Virus record (IMG/VR): IMGVR_UViG_3300020420_000671
From: a virus
Lineage: Duplodnaviria > Caudoviricetes
Reading direction: 5' to 3' (one strand)
DNA: 64,000 nt
Both the position numbers and the translations under genes were made by a program. The notes below the pieces were generated by a model. The model had not been told where the DNA came from, did not search any database, and worked only from the letters and a program-made list of their open reading frames with translations. Positions within the stretch are counted from its first letter, which is position 1, and each line of letters starts with the position of its first letter. Of the stretch, positions 46,401 through 56,955 are shown in pieces.

Positions 46401-47310
46401 TATCTATTACCGATTTATTAATTACCCTGCCATAGTTTTTATTAACAGTTTTAAAAAAAATACTTTGTTCTTCGCTCAGTGGTTGAGTAGCAATAGGTAA
46501 TTGTAATTGATTTATTAAATTAGTTCCTATGTTCCATATTTCATTATGTAAAATATCTTCTGGTAATTCATCTCTATTTGCCCATATCTCATCTAAATGT
46601 GTAAAGTCTCTTACATTCACGTAATCCCAGTCTGAAAGCATTGTCATTTCTAAACCTTCTCTTGCTCCGTAAATAGCCCAGTCGCCATTTTTTACATCAC
46701 TACCAACCATTGTCCAAATATATAACATGTTTAAATTTTTAGGATGTCCTTTTAAAAACTCAGAATGTGCTATCCTTTCTCCCCTATTAAGAGATAATTT
46801 TACACCTTCTCTGAAACCTGCTCGCCAGGCTTGTTTAGGAGTATAATTGTTGTGAGTCAAACTAAAACAACTATTCTGTTGTATGTATTGTGCATCCCAA
46901 CAAAAATCAACCTGTGCGTTTGTATTATCTGGATCTGCGTTTTCATGTGTTTTCATATCTAAAACATATTGTTTCGGCCAGCATTTAAGGCCACCATTGC
47001 CATACATTAAGCCGTTAATAATATTTTGTCCACACCAACTAATAACACTTTTTTCTAAATTAGCATGAGTATCAAAGTCTAAAACTTGATCTAAAAATTC
47101 TTGCTTTATTGTATTATCACCATCTACTGTGATAAATCTATCTGTATCACTTATCCTAGCACATTCTTTGTGAGCGGCATCTGAACCTAATATACCATGA
47201 ACACGTTTTGCCCATGGCACCTTGTTTTTTAAATCAGCCCAATTTTTTTCAGCATTAGGTTCGTCATAACTTAAAAATATAATATCTAGTTCTGCTATTT
47301 TAATTTTCAT
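46393..47310 (-). CDS. GT-A-like glycosyltransferase (paralog of 44354..45043)
   Basis: IFLSYDEP, AAHKECA, TVDGD, YGNGGLK, AWRAGFRE. Confidence 0.55.
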   Translation of the reverse strand: MKIKIAELDIIFLSYDEPNAEKNWADLKNKVPWAKRVHGILGSDAAHKECARISDTDRFITVDGDNTIKQEFLDQVLDFDTHANLEKSVISWCGQNIINGLMYGNGGLKCWPKQYVLDMKTHENADPDNTNAQVDFCWDAQYIQQNSCFSLTHNNYTPKQAWRAGFREGVKLSLNRGERIAHSEFLKGHPKNLNMLYIWTMVGSDVKNGDWAIYGAREGLEMTMLSDWDYVNVRDFTHLDEIWANRDELPEDILHNEIWNIGTNLINQLQLPIATQPLSEEQSIFFKTVNKNYGRVINKSVIDND

Positions 47311-47476
47311 AATCACTCCTAATCACGCTGTCTCCAAACATCAAATATATTAATGCTTCATATTTTTCGTCTATTTCAATCCACAGTTCACCTACGAATT
47401 CGTTTGTAAAAGCTCTACACGGAAACGCTTTTTGAATACCATAATACGGTCCAAGATGTTTACAAATAATTTTCAT
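47300..47476 (-). CDS. 58 aa hypothetical protein
   Basis: Hand translation MKIICKHLGPYYG...DYEN fills the gap with coupled ends. Confidence 0.5.
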   Translation of the reverse strand: MKIICKHLGPYYGIQKAFPCRAFTNEFVGELWIEIDEKYEALIYLMFGDSVIRSDYEN

Positions 47477-47981
47477 CTGTTTCTCTTGTTACACAATCAG
47501 CAAATATATTTTTTGTATATACGCTGTAAGATTCTATATTTTTAAAAGGAAATGATTCCTCTGATCCTATTTTGAAAGTAAAAGTATTTAATAAGAAATG
47601 CGGATCTCCTTTTTTTGTTACATAAAAAACTATTTCATCTAAATTTTTTGGCGTATCTAGTGTGTTAATGTAACATTTATTCATGCTCTTATCTACTACA
47701 AATTCTATATCGTGAAAATTATCTTCTGGTTGGGATAACTCATTAAGCAAAAATGCCTGTTGTTCTTCATCATCATTTTTCTTCAATTCGAAATCTTTAT
47801 TTCTTTTATTATATACTACTTTCCAGTACATAAAATTTTCTTTAAGTGTTTGAAAAGGCTCTGCTTGTTCATCTGTAATTTCAATATGAGTATATGCCTC
47901 ATTGATACTTGGTCCAATACTAAAAATTTGTCCTGTATCTTTATCAAAACATACATACTGACGGGTCTCAAACATATTCAT
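47460..47981 (-). CDS. Hypothetical protein
   Basis: 173 aa coupled ORF. Confidence 0.65.
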   Translation of the reverse strand: MNMFETRQYVCFDKDTGQIFSIGPSINEAYTHIEITDEQAEPFQTLKENFMYWKVVYNKRNKDFELKKNDDEEQQAFLLNELSQPEDNFHDIEFVVDKSMNKCYINTLDTPKNLDEIVFYVTKKGDPHFLLNTFTFKIGSEESFPFKNIESYSVYTKNIFADCVTRETDENYL

Positions 47982-48768
47982 TTAAGATCCTTTCACAAAA
48001 ATTATTTTTGGTATAATGAATTATACCATGCTGTAAATAATTTCCTATTTTAAGTTGTTTTTGTTCGTTGAAATAAAATGGAATAGTTTCTGTCCAATCT
48101 TCTTGTGTAGTTTCCCAATCTTGTACATGAGATTTCATGTGGACAAAACTTGCTGGTTTAAAAATATAATTTTTGATATCTTCATCTAATATAGTAATCG
48201 CATGATTTAAATCCATACTACTCACTTTGGGAGTAAGTTTAGGAACATATATTTTATAATATTCCTTATAGTTTCTACAAACTTGTTTAAGTTTTAAATA
48301 ATATTTCAGAGCTGTTTCATTTTGTTTAAAATAATGAAACGCACAATAGATATTAGGTATATTATTTTTTTCAAATGTTTTTCTATAGTATTGACTAGTT
48401 ACAGGGTTATTCTTATACGTTCTCACATTATTTGTAAAGCATACGTCATAATTTTTTAAATATGACCACCAATAACTTACGTCATTTAAAAAAAGCATGT
48501 CAGTATCTAACAAAACAGTTTCTTGATACGGAGTTTCATGATAGGCTTTCCATCTAATATCTGTTCTATAAAAATTTTGTGTATTCCTATCAGAGGTTGG
48601 AATGTCAATTACATGATCAAAAATACTTTTATATTGATCAGAAACATTGTCTCCAGTAAGTAATGATACATTTTTTATAGTTTGTGTTTGTTTAATGCTT
48701 TTAGCACACAGATAAGCCTGTTTGATATGCTCTTCTCCAGAAGCTATCATTATGTAACCTTTAGACAT
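47968..48768 (-). CDS. GT8-like glycosyltransferase
   Basis: TPYQETVLLDTDMLF (DxD), HMK. Confidence 0.6.
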   Translation of the reverse strand: MSKGYIMIASGEEHIKQAYLCAKSIKQTQTIKNVSLLTGDNVSDQYKSIFDHVIDIPTSDRNTQNFYRTDIRWKAYHETPYQETVLLDTDMLFLNDVSYWWSYLKNYDVCFTNNVRTYKNNPVTSQYYRKTFEKNNIPNIYCAFHYFKQNETALKYYLKLKQVCRNYKEYYKIYVPKLTPKVSSMDLNHAITILDEDIKNYIFKPASFVHMKSHVQDWETTQEDWTETIPFYFNEQKQLKIGNYLQHGIIHYTKNNFCERILNEYV

Positions 48769-49591
48769 TTAAACTTCTTTCCAAGCTAAATTTATTCATG
48801 ACATGTATATTCATGCCCTTCACTGAAGAAAGTATATACTCATTAAATAGTTTTTCCTTTTGTATTAAAAATGTTAAACTATCGTCTTGTATCTTATACA
48901 GTATATCTCTATCAAGTGTGTAATACATTTTTCCAGGTAATTTTTTAGCCCAGTCCCCATCTTGAAACCCGTTCATTATATGTATACCCATGCTGAAGAG
49001 ATGATCGTTCCTAAAATTTCTACTTGCTAAATCATATACATCACTGTAATGACCCCAATTGTTATATAGATGTCTAAGCAAATCAAAAAATATTTTGTTT
49101 TCTTTGCTTTTTGTAAAATAAAAACACGTTGCCCAGTAAAAAGGAATGCCTTTGTCATTGATATAATCAAACTCTTTATAGTTTCTCCAAGAACATAGAT
49201 CAACTCCTTGTCTATATATTTGAAAATCATCATTTCTTAGAAAAGAATGCTTAAATTTATCATTACAAATTATATAATCAGTATCTAAAACCAAAGTTTT
49301 ATCGTATGGACTCAAATTAAAAGCATTGAATCTTTCGTTATTTTTAAAATTTAGTTTTGTTTTAATCTGTTGTCCGTCATAATATCTTTTTTCATTATCT
49401 TGAGAATCTTCAATTGTTATTATTTTATCAAAAACATCATGGTATTGAATATCTAATTTATCAAATGTAGAAGTAACAATAGATACTGGTAAATTAAGAT
49501 ATTTTTTTGAACGGGAGGCAAGTTCTACTGCTTGTTTTATATAATTAATAGAACCATTATTATTAGCAAAGCATAAAATTCCATTAGACAT
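48761..49591 (-). CDS. GT8-like glycosyltransferase (paralog)
   Basis: SPYDKTLVLDTDY, RND, HVMNK. Confidence 0.6.
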   Translation of the reverse strand: MSNGILCFANNNGSINYIKQAVELASRSKKYLNLPVSIVTSTFDKLDIQYHDVFDKIITIEDSQDNEKRYYDGQQIKTKLNFKNNERFNAFNLSPYDKTLVLDTDYIICNDKFKHSFLRNDDFQIYRQGVDLCSWRNYKEFDYINDKGIPFYWATCFYFTKSKENKIFFDLLRHLYNNWGHYSDVYDLASRNFRNDHLFSMGIHIMNGFQDGDWAKKLPGKMYYTLDRDILYKIQDDSLTFLIQKEKLFNEYILSSVKGMNIHVMNKFSLERSLNV

Positions 49592-49928
49592 CTACTAGAC
49601 CTTCTACACTACGTTTAGTGCTGAGAATTTCATACTCCTCATTATACTGATTTGTAGCTTCAGTGTATTTGTGTAACAGTGATTCAGTAAAGTCTTCCAA
49701 ATCAGGTATTTGAATAGGAGTTTTGTTGTCGTCAATTACCAAAGAAGATGATGTTTTAGATAACAACATGGTACAAAAATTAATAAGCTCTTTACTTGCT
49801 GTAAATGTGCCGCCAAGATAATACAGAATTAAGTTTTCTTCATACTTTTCATACAGAATCCTCTTTTGATTATTCAGAGTGACAGAATAGTTTGAAAATT
49901 CTAATGCTTTTTCAAGGGATTCTTCCAT
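49584..49928 (-). CDS. Hypothetical protein
   Basis: AGGAG RBS; TAAATA at 49955-49960 upstream. Confidence 0.7.
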   Translation of the reverse strand: MEESLEKALEFSNYSVTLNNQKRILYEKYEENLILYYLGGTFTASKELINFCTMLLSKTSSSLVIDDNKTPIQIPDLEDFTESLLHKYTEATNQYNEEYEILSTKRSVEGLVDV

Positions 49929-49963
49929 AGTTATACTCCTAGTTAATGTATAACTATTTAATC

Positions 49964-50878
49964 TTACAGAGCGTTGGTGGTATTGAAAGTTGGCGCCGGT
50001 ACATTGACGCTATTTGTGTTATTTGGTCTGTTTTGTTGAGCCGTGCTTGACGTTGTTGCTGTTACAGCTTCGTCAAAATTTGGATTTGGTCCTTTATCTT
50101 CATTAAATGTAACTCTAAAATATAAAGTAGCACCACTTTTATATGCTTCAATCAAATAATCGTTGGCACTATACGCACTAGCAGTCTTATTAAAAATTGT
50201 TACGTAAGATCCAGGCAAATTGTTATAACCATAACTGGTTCCTACTGAACCATTGCTAGTTGAACTTCTTCCAAACACAACAGTACCTACTGAAGCCATT
50301 AAACTTCTCCAGTCATTGTTAATAGGAGTGTTGCCTGACCCTATTAATCCACTTATGTTAATAGTTCCTCCAGCATTAAAATACACTCTCATGTGATCTG
50401 TGCCACTGATTGTGGTTTGACTTCCGTCTCCGTTTGTAACTGAGTATCCGCCAAATGTTACTGTGAAGTAATGATCGATATCAGTTGACCATGATGCTGT
50501 TCTTGAACTAGTTACTCCTGATTCTAATCCTAACTGTCCCGCACTTACAGACAATCTTGCGGCCTGTGCTGTAATACTCAATGATTCGTATTGAGCATAA
50601 CCTTCTTTAGAACTATTATTGCTATCTTCTACAGTATCTCCAACAGATGGTGGAGCAATCTCGGAAGGTAAACTTCCTGTTTGATGGATTCTTATTTTAG
50701 TTAGGTCTGTATCAAGATTAATCATATCTTGAGCTGTAACTGTGTTACCTACTGTAACAGTTTGACTGGTTACTGCTTGTCCGTATCCTTCGTCTCCTGC
50801 CCCTAATCCTAAAACTGCCGCTACTCTTGCTCTGATATTGTTATATCTTGCCGCGGTAATTGTATCGCCTACTGCCAT
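49964..50878 (-). CDS. Virion structural protein (tail-associated)
   Basis: Gly/Ser/Thr-rich, FNAGG motif, downstream of tail fibre genes. Confidence 0.6.
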   Translation of the reverse strand: MAVGDTITAARYNNIRARVAAVLGLGAGDEGYGQAVTSQTVTVGNTVTAQDMINLDTDLTKIRIHQTGSLPSEIAPPSVGDTVEDSNNSSKEGYAQYESLSITAQAARLSVSAGQLGLESGVTSSRTASWSTDIDHYFTVTFGGYSVTNGDGSQTTISGTDHMRVYFNAGGTINISGLIGSGNTPINNDWRSLMASVGTVVFGRSSTSNGSVGTSYGYNNLPGSYVTIFNKTASAYSANDYLIEAYKSGATLYFRVTFNEDKGPNPNFDEAVTATTSSTAQQNRPNNTNSVNVPAPTFNTTNAL

Positions 50879-50894
50879 TTTACTTCCTTATATT

Positions 50895-52370
50895 TTACAA
50901 CTTTAAAATACATTCAACTAAAGTTTCTTCATGCCTGTCATTGCTTTCTAACGCTATAGCAATCATGTCTCCGTTTCCGTCAACACTTGCTGTTCCGTTT
51001 TCCGCAACATATACAGCTTCCCCTTTATTTACCGGACCTGTAATTCTTACTGGCACTCTTCCGACTAAAGCCACTGCTTGACCCTCAGCCTCTGAATTCA
51101 TCAAATAAGCTGGCTTTGTACTAATGACTCCTATACACATTGCGTCACCTTCCGCCGCTGTAGCTTCTTTTTCTCCACCTATCATCATAAGTGTGCCTAC
51201 TGGATATTCTATATCAGTAGCATATTTCTCTGCCAAGTCAGCGTATCTAGCTTGAGTTGAAATACCATTAAACACATTTGCCGCTAAATTTCCGCTTGAA
51301 TCTCTAACAGCTACAGTATTATTAGTAGCACTTGTATCACCTGTTCTAAAGTTACTGCCTACTTGTAAATTTGTAGCGTTTGTTGCCAATCCAATAAAAG
51401 ATGTAGCATACATAGCCCTAAACTTATAGTTATTATCACCTATGTCATAGGTCGTTGTAGCTGTGGGAATAAGTCCTGCCGCCTGTACGTGGAATGGTTC
51501 TGTAGTTACTCCTCCACTTGATTTTACTTTGAACCTTATTTTTTGCCCAACAGTATTATCTATGACTGCTTCGTCACCACTTCCTGCTGTATCTATCTTT
51601 ATAGCTAAATCGTTAGCATCACCAATAGTCAATCCAGAATCTGTAAATCTAACAATACTGTTAAAGTTTGCCGCACCTGATAACGCATAGTCACTAGCAG
51701 GCAATCCGTTTAATTTATCTGCGTTTGTGGCTGTACCATAAAATCTAAATGCTCCACTTGTAACTCCGTCAGTGCCTGAAGTTGTATTTCTAAGTGTTAC
51801 ACCTTGTCTTACAACATCAAAACCTGTAATGACGTTTTGTGGATCAGTAGAGTCAATTGTAAATTCTGAATTACTAATAATGAATACAACGCCATCTTCT
51901 ACAGTACCTTTAATAATTGTTCTGTTGTTTTGGCTTGAATCTCTTACCTGCCCAGTTACCATTGCTGAAACTGTAGCACCAATACTTTGTGGACCAATTA
52001 AAACAAATCCACCGTTGGCGTTTTGTGCGTATAGTTGGTTGTTGCCACTATCCCACCAAAAATCACCAGTTGTTAATCCTACAGGCTGTGTTGAACTTAC
52101 TTCTGCTCCGCCTGTTGATCTAAATTTTGTACCATCGTAAAACTTTAACTTGCTACCAGCACTATCAAACCAAATTTGACCTGTTAAAGGTGATGCTGGT
52201 TGATTAGCACTTGAAAAGTTTTCAAGTAAATGTACAAAGTTTTCGTTCTGTATTTCTCCGTAGCCGGCATAATTCTTACCAACTAGCTTAAGAGATGTGC
52301 TTTGATCAATAGTACCATCTTCAACAGTTGCTAACTGCGATCCGTTTGTTAAGTTTATTACGTATGCCAT
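50895..52370 (-). CDS. Tail fibre/baseplate protein with C-terminal YADLAE domain
   Basis: Shared MAY.IN..ENF.HLLENF module; ARYADLAEKY..VALVGRVPV chaperone-like tail. Confidence 0.7.
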   Translation of the reverse strand: MAYVINLTNGSQLATVEDGTIDQSTSLKLVGKNYAGYGEIQNENFVHLLENFSSANQPASPLTGQIWFDSAGSKLKFYDGTKFRSTGGAEVSSTQPVGLTTGDFWWDSGNNQLYAQNANGGFVLIGPQSIGATVSAMVTGQVRDSSQNNRTIIKGTVEDGVVFIISNSEFTIDSTDPQNVITGFDVVRQGVTLRNTTSGTDGVTSGAFRFYGTATNADKLNGLPASDYALSGAANFNSIVRFTDSGLTIGDANDLAIKIDTAGSGDEAVIDNTVGQKIRFKVKSSGGVTTEPFHVQAAGLIPTATTTYDIGDNNYKFRAMYATSFIGLATNATNLQVGSNFRTGDTSATNNTVAVRDSSGNLAANVFNGISTQARYADLAEKYATDIEYPVGTLMMIGGEKEATAAEGDAMCIGVISTKPAYLMNSEAEGQAVALVGRVPVRITGPVNKGEAVYVAENGTASVDGNGDMIAIALESNDRHEETLVECILKL

Positions 52371-52397
52371 CTATAACCCCTAATATGTTATATGTAT

Positions 52398-54233
52398 TTA
52401 TATTAAATTGCCCGGAGTTAGGTCTTGTACATAACCCCAGCTACCCCCATTTATCCTAAATAATTTCAAAGATCTTTGTACTGTAGATGTAATAGCACCA
52501 GTAACATCGTTAAATGTTGCGTCTCCTATTACTGATACACTACCGCTATCACTTCCACCACCGTCTAATTGTTGTACAACTACTAAACTTTTGTTGAAAC
52601 TTGCGTTCAAGTTTGCCGCTGACAGCGTTGCTGTAGCGCCAGTTGTTGCTGTACAGTGAACTCTTGCTTCACAGCCTTCTACTTTACCTCCAGCTGGAGC
52701 AATATCTTGTATAATTGTTGCTATATTTGTATTTAAATTACTGCCTGTTCCTAATCCCGTAATATCTAAAGCTAAAGCAATTACTTCAGTACCTATTGCT
52801 GTATCTACATAGTTTTTTGTTGTTACATCTGTCGTTCCTGTGGGATCTGATACTCCAGTAATTTTTCTCGGAGTAACAAAATTCATGTTGCCTGCTAGTG
52901 TAAGATTAAGTCCATTTCCACTACCGTCAACAACTCCTGTGCTTACTCCTATACCGCCGGTAAAGCTGATATTTCCTATATTAGCAGTAGTCAAATTACC
53001 AATGGATGTAATACCTGGAGCATCTGTACCACTGATAATAGTAACACCATTAAATTTTAATCCACCAGTTCCGGTAAAGTTAATACTATTTCCTGTCGTC
53101 CATGCGTTACTAGCCTGTCTCCATAAAAATTCTTTGTCGCCATCTGAAGATTTTACTATAATACCAGCAGAATCTACCTGTGTATCGTTAAGTAAAGTAC
53201 TATCAGAACCTAATCCAAGTTCAATATTCTTATCTTCAACTCTTAATGTAGCCGAATCAATAGTTGTAGTTGAGCCTGAAACTGTTAAGTCACCTGAAAT
53301 TTTCATATCGCCAGCGACATCTAATGTAGCACTTGGACTTGAATTGTAAATACCTACTCTATTGTTTGCTGAATTAATTGTCACAGCATCTCTTTTTCCT
53401 AAGCTGGTTGTCATTCTAATAATGTAGTTTTCTCCACTAACATTATTTTCTGATACAACACCCAGGTTTGTTACTTTCAATACATTGTTGTCTGTTAATC
53501 CAACTGTAAGTCCATTGTTGTTTCTAATTGATAAAGCACCACTTGTAGAATCATCTGAATCACTAGCTAAAAACTGTGCGGCCGTTCTAACAACACCTTG
53601 TGAATCAACAAGTGATGATGTTCTTGAAGCTGTACCAGCATACACAAAGTCTGCGTCAACAACATTAAATCCTTTTACAACATTTCCTGTAAAGCTAGGA
53701 ATAGTATCTATGTTCTGTGGTGTAAATCCAATCTTACTCCATAAACCAACAAGTGTACCTCCAACCCAATACTTTACAATGGTTCTGCTTGTACCTGTGT
53801 TATCAAGTACAGTAACAACCTGTGGACCTGAACGTCCTTGGAAAGCATTGTATATTGGACCTGCTAATTCTAAATCTGTACCATCATAAAAATATAGTTG
53901 GTTTTGTTCGTTATTAATCCACAAGTCACCAGCAACCATTGATGGTTGGCTTGATTGTACAATAGGTCCACCACCTGTTGTCCAAGCTGTTCCTGTGTAA
54001 ACTTTTAATCTAGATGTTGCTGTGTCCCACCAAATTTGTCCTGCTAAAGGTGTACTTGGTGCTGAAGAATTAGCAAAGTTTTCAAGCATGTGAAGAAAGT
54101 TTTCATTAATAGCTTCACCAAATCCTGAATAGTTTTTACCAATTAATGATATGTCAGTGGTTGTAGTATCTATTTGTCCGTCTGCTAAATTTACAAGCAA
54201 CGTACCACTAGTTTTGTTTATTTGATATGCCAT
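52398..54233 (-). CDS. Tail fibre/baseplate protein
   Basis: Same N-terminal module; DATNKNYVD-like motif (DVTTKNYVD). Confidence 0.7.
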   Translation of the reverse strand: MAYQINKTSGTLLVNLADGQIDTTTTDISLIGKNYSGFGEAINENFLHMLENFANSSAPSTPLAGQIWWDTATSRLKVYTGTAWTTGGGPIVQSSQPSMVAGDLWINNEQNQLYFYDGTDLELAGPIYNAFQGRSGPQVVTVLDNTGTSRTIVKYWVGGTLVGLWSKIGFTPQNIDTIPSFTGNVVKGFNVVDADFVYAGTASRTSSLVDSQGVVRTAAQFLASDSDDSTSGALSIRNNNGLTVGLTDNNVLKVTNLGVVSENNVSGENYIIRMTTSLGKRDAVTINSANNRVGIYNSSPSATLDVAGDMKISGDLTVSGSTTTIDSATLRVEDKNIELGLGSDSTLLNDTQVDSAGIIVKSSDGDKEFLWRQASNAWTTGNSINFTGTGGLKFNGVTIISGTDAPGITSIGNLTTANIGNISFTGGIGVSTGVVDGSGNGLNLTLAGNMNFVTPRKITGVSDPTGTTDVTTKNYVDTAIGTEVIALALDITGLGTGSNLNTNIATIIQDIAPAGGKVEGCEARVHCTATTGATATLSAANLNASFNKSLVVVQQLDGGGSDSGSVSVIGDATFNDVTGAITSTVQRSLKLFRINGGSWGYVQDLTPGNLI

Positions 54234-56323
54234 TAGCCCCCAACTCCTGAATAAATTATATATTTGACTGTCAAGAAAGGATTTAACACATTGAAAGGTG
54301 TGCCTAATTCTGAAATATCAAAAGTTTCAAATTGTTCTAATCCTGTATTTTGATTATAAGTAATATTTCTTCTATTCAACAATCCTCCCGAAGAAGTTCT
54401 AGCCTGTCCTGCTTGGTTTCCTGTAGGAGCATCATATACTATTGTATCAGCATCTTGTGGAGTACCACTGTCATCTAAAATTACATAAAATTGAGCACCT
54501 TTTGGAGAACGTAAATCGTGTTCGTGTTCTGGTAAGTTCTTCACATCAATTGCTCTACTTTCAACTCCAGATGCTAATCCTACTGTATCAGCATTTACGT
54601 CTGTAACTCTGTTAGCACTTGTGCCTCCCATGTTGTCAGCACCTAATGGAAATCTGCCTCTAAAATCAGGCAATCCAAAAAATCCTGAAGCAACTTGGCT
54701 TTGATCTTTAAATTGAAACTGTATAGCATTGTATAAAGAAAGATAGTCTGCTATTCTCTGTTCGCTACCATCACATAGTAACCAGCCTGCTGGAAGATTC
54801 ACACCACCAAATGGAACTATTGTTCCTATTGGAATAACTGGAACACTACTTACTAGAGCACTTTGTGAAATCTTAAATACACCTGTTGAATCTCCAGATA
54901 CTCTGTTTATTATTACTTCATCATCTTGTCTTGGAGCGGTAGCTAAAGTTTTATTAGCAATAAATGTATTACTAATAGCTGTTGTAAATACTTTTGTTGT
55001 ACCGCCTGTACTACCATCAAATGTAATTTGATTTGAACTTACATCACCTGACAATTGGAAAGTTGACGCTGTAGTTAACTTATTAGCATTTGCTGATCCA
55101 CCTGTAACTGTACCTGTTACGTTACCAACAATATCTCCTCTAAACTGCACAGCATGAACTGTTTGCCATCTTTTGTCTGATGATCCTAAATTATAAGTTT
55201 GTGTAGCACTAGGTTCTATTGAAGCAGACGTTGTTGTTCCTGCTATATTAACATTATTTCCTACCCAAAGTTTTTTAGCAATTCCTACACCACCTGAAAT
55301 TTTTACTGAGCCAGTTCCTATACTAGAACTATCTGTTGTACCTTGTATAATTAAGTTTGTACTTGCTTGTATAGAACCTGCTACATCTAATGCTTCTGCT
55401 GGAGTAATTGTGTTAATACCTACTTTTTCAGTTGAATCTATTCTTAATACGTTTTTCTGTAAACCGTCGTCATTTTTAATTTTAAAATCTAATGGAGCAC
55501 CTTGTGTCTGGTTAACCATCTGTCCTGTACCGTTACTTACAGCTATATCGATAGTATTTGTTACTCCTATTCTTAGTCCTTTATCATTACTAATAATTAA
55601 TTGTTCATTTGTTGTACTGGAAACATCACTTCTTAAAAATTTACTTGCCGCTACAGGAAGTTCATTTGCGGATACAACAAGATTCTCAGCCTTTTCTGCT
55701 GTTCCATAATACTTGCCTATTCCTGCTCCTGAAATATTAGCGGTTGATAAGTTCAACCCTGGTTGAATAATTGAAAATCCTACGATTGTACTTTTAGGTG
55801 AAAATGATCTAGTTGAATAAATTGCTATAGGATTACCTTGTACTTCTATTTGAAGGACTGTATAATTGACTTCGTCTTTACCTGTAACTGTTGTTGGTTT
55901 TGCTCCTGTAAGTAAACCATCACTGTACTCAGGACCAACTAAAGTCCAAGCACTTCCTGTAAAAATATATAACTGGTTGTTATCTGTATCAGCCCATAAA
56001 TCTCCTGTAAGAGAAGATGCTACTGCTGGAGCATTGTTTCCTTTTTTAAGTCCTCCAGCATTTACCCATGATGTTCCGTCATAAAGTTTTAAACTGTTTA
56101 CTCCTGTAGATGTATCATACCAAAGTTGTCCTTGTATTGGATTTCTTGGAGCGGCTGTGTTAGAAAAGTTTTCTAGTAATTTTAAAAAACTCTCTGCTAT
56201 CACAGAACCATAGCTTGTTGTATTTCTACCAGGAATATCCAAACTTGTTGTTTGGTTGATTGTACTATCTTCTATTGAAATAGTTCCTTTGTTTGAGTCT
56301 GAATAATTAATTAAATAAGCCAT
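54233..56323 (-). CDS. Tail fibre protein with tail-collar domain
   Basis: Same N-terminal module; PIGTIVPFGG..PAGWLLCDG..LPDFRGRFPLG collar motif. Confidence 0.8.
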   Translation of the reverse strand: MAYLINYSDSNKGTISIEDSTINQTTSLDIPGRNTTSYGSVIAESFLKLLENFSNTAAPRNPIQGQLWYDTSTGVNSLKLYDGTSWVNAGGLKKGNNAPAVASSLTGDLWADTDNNQLYIFTGSAWTLVGPEYSDGLLTGAKPTTVTGKDEVNYTVLQIEVQGNPIAIYSTRSFSPKSTIVGFSIIQPGLNLSTANISGAGIGKYYGTAEKAENLVVSANELPVAASKFLRSDVSSTTNEQLIISNDKGLRIGVTNTIDIAVSNGTGQMVNQTQGAPLDFKIKNDDGLQKNVLRIDSTEKVGINTITPAEALDVAGSIQASTNLIIQGTTDSSSIGTGSVKISGGVGIAKKLWVGNNVNIAGTTTSASIEPSATQTYNLGSSDKRWQTVHAVQFRGDIVGNVTGTVTGGSANANKLTTASTFQLSGDVSSNQITFDGSTGGTTKVFTTAISNTFIANKTLATAPRQDDEVIINRVSGDSTGVFKISQSALVSSVPVIPIGTIVPFGGVNLPAGWLLCDGSEQRIADYLSLYNAIQFQFKDQSQVASGFFGLPDFRGRFPLGADNMGGTSANRVTDVNADTVGLASGVESRAIDVKNLPEHEHDLRSPKGAQFYVILDDSGTPQDADTIVYDAPTGNQAGQARTSSGGLLNRRNITYNQNTGLEQFETFDISELGTPFNVLNPFLTVKYIIYSGVGG

Positions 56324-56934
56324 TATTCATTAAATCCTGTCAAGCTCTGTACTCTGACTGTGTAGTCAATTTGTACCAATCTGTTTAAACTTTTTTGTAC
56401 AGGATGGAATACCACATGCGTAAGTAATCTTCCTGTGCCTGCGGCATTGTAACTAACAAGTCCTAGCTCATCAAAAACATATAAACTATTACTGTTAGTG
56501 GCATTATCAACAGCATCTTGGCCAGTTGGTTCACCGTAGTCTAGTAAACATGTAACTAGTATGTCTGTATAGTTTGTGCCACTTACGTGTCTTGATTCAA
56601 TCTTATTTCTAGCAGGGTCTGTGTTGTTAACACTTCTATCATCTACTACCTTAACAAAAGTTTGATTATAAAGACTTGCGTTAGTGCCTGTGGAATTTGG
56701 TGTAAGGTATGTAATTATACCCGTTGGATCAATGCTTGTACCACCATTTCCAAATGCCATCTGATATATGAATCCTTCACCAGCGTTTCCTAAACTTTCT
56801 GCTAGTGAAATACTCATATTTTCATAATGGATAGCATTACGCTTATCAACAATAATCTCACCATTAGTTGGGTCAAAAATCTTGATATGCCCTTGTAAAA
56901 GCACCCCGTTATCTTCTTTGAAATTGTCTATCAT
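56323..56934 (-). CDS. Baseplate/tail structural protein
   Basis: FDELGL..LLTHVVFHPVQKSLNR motif; structural context. Confidence 0.55.
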   Translation of the reverse strand: MIDNFKEDNGVLLQGHIKIFDPTNGEIIVDKRNAIHYENMSISLAESLGNAGEGFIYQMAFGNGGTSIDPTGIITYLTPNSTGTNASLYNQTFVKVVDDRSVNNTDPARNKIESRHVSGTNYTDILVTCLLDYGEPTGQDAVDNATNSNSLYVFDELGLVSYNAAGTGRLLTHVVFHPVQKSLNRLVQIDYTVRVQSLTGFNE

Positions 56935-56955
56935 ATCACTTTCCTACAACTGTAT

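Noticed and set aside
46449-46462. Homopolymer run as a phase-variation site
   Set aside because: An 8 nt A run is expected in AT-rich DNA and the frame is intact
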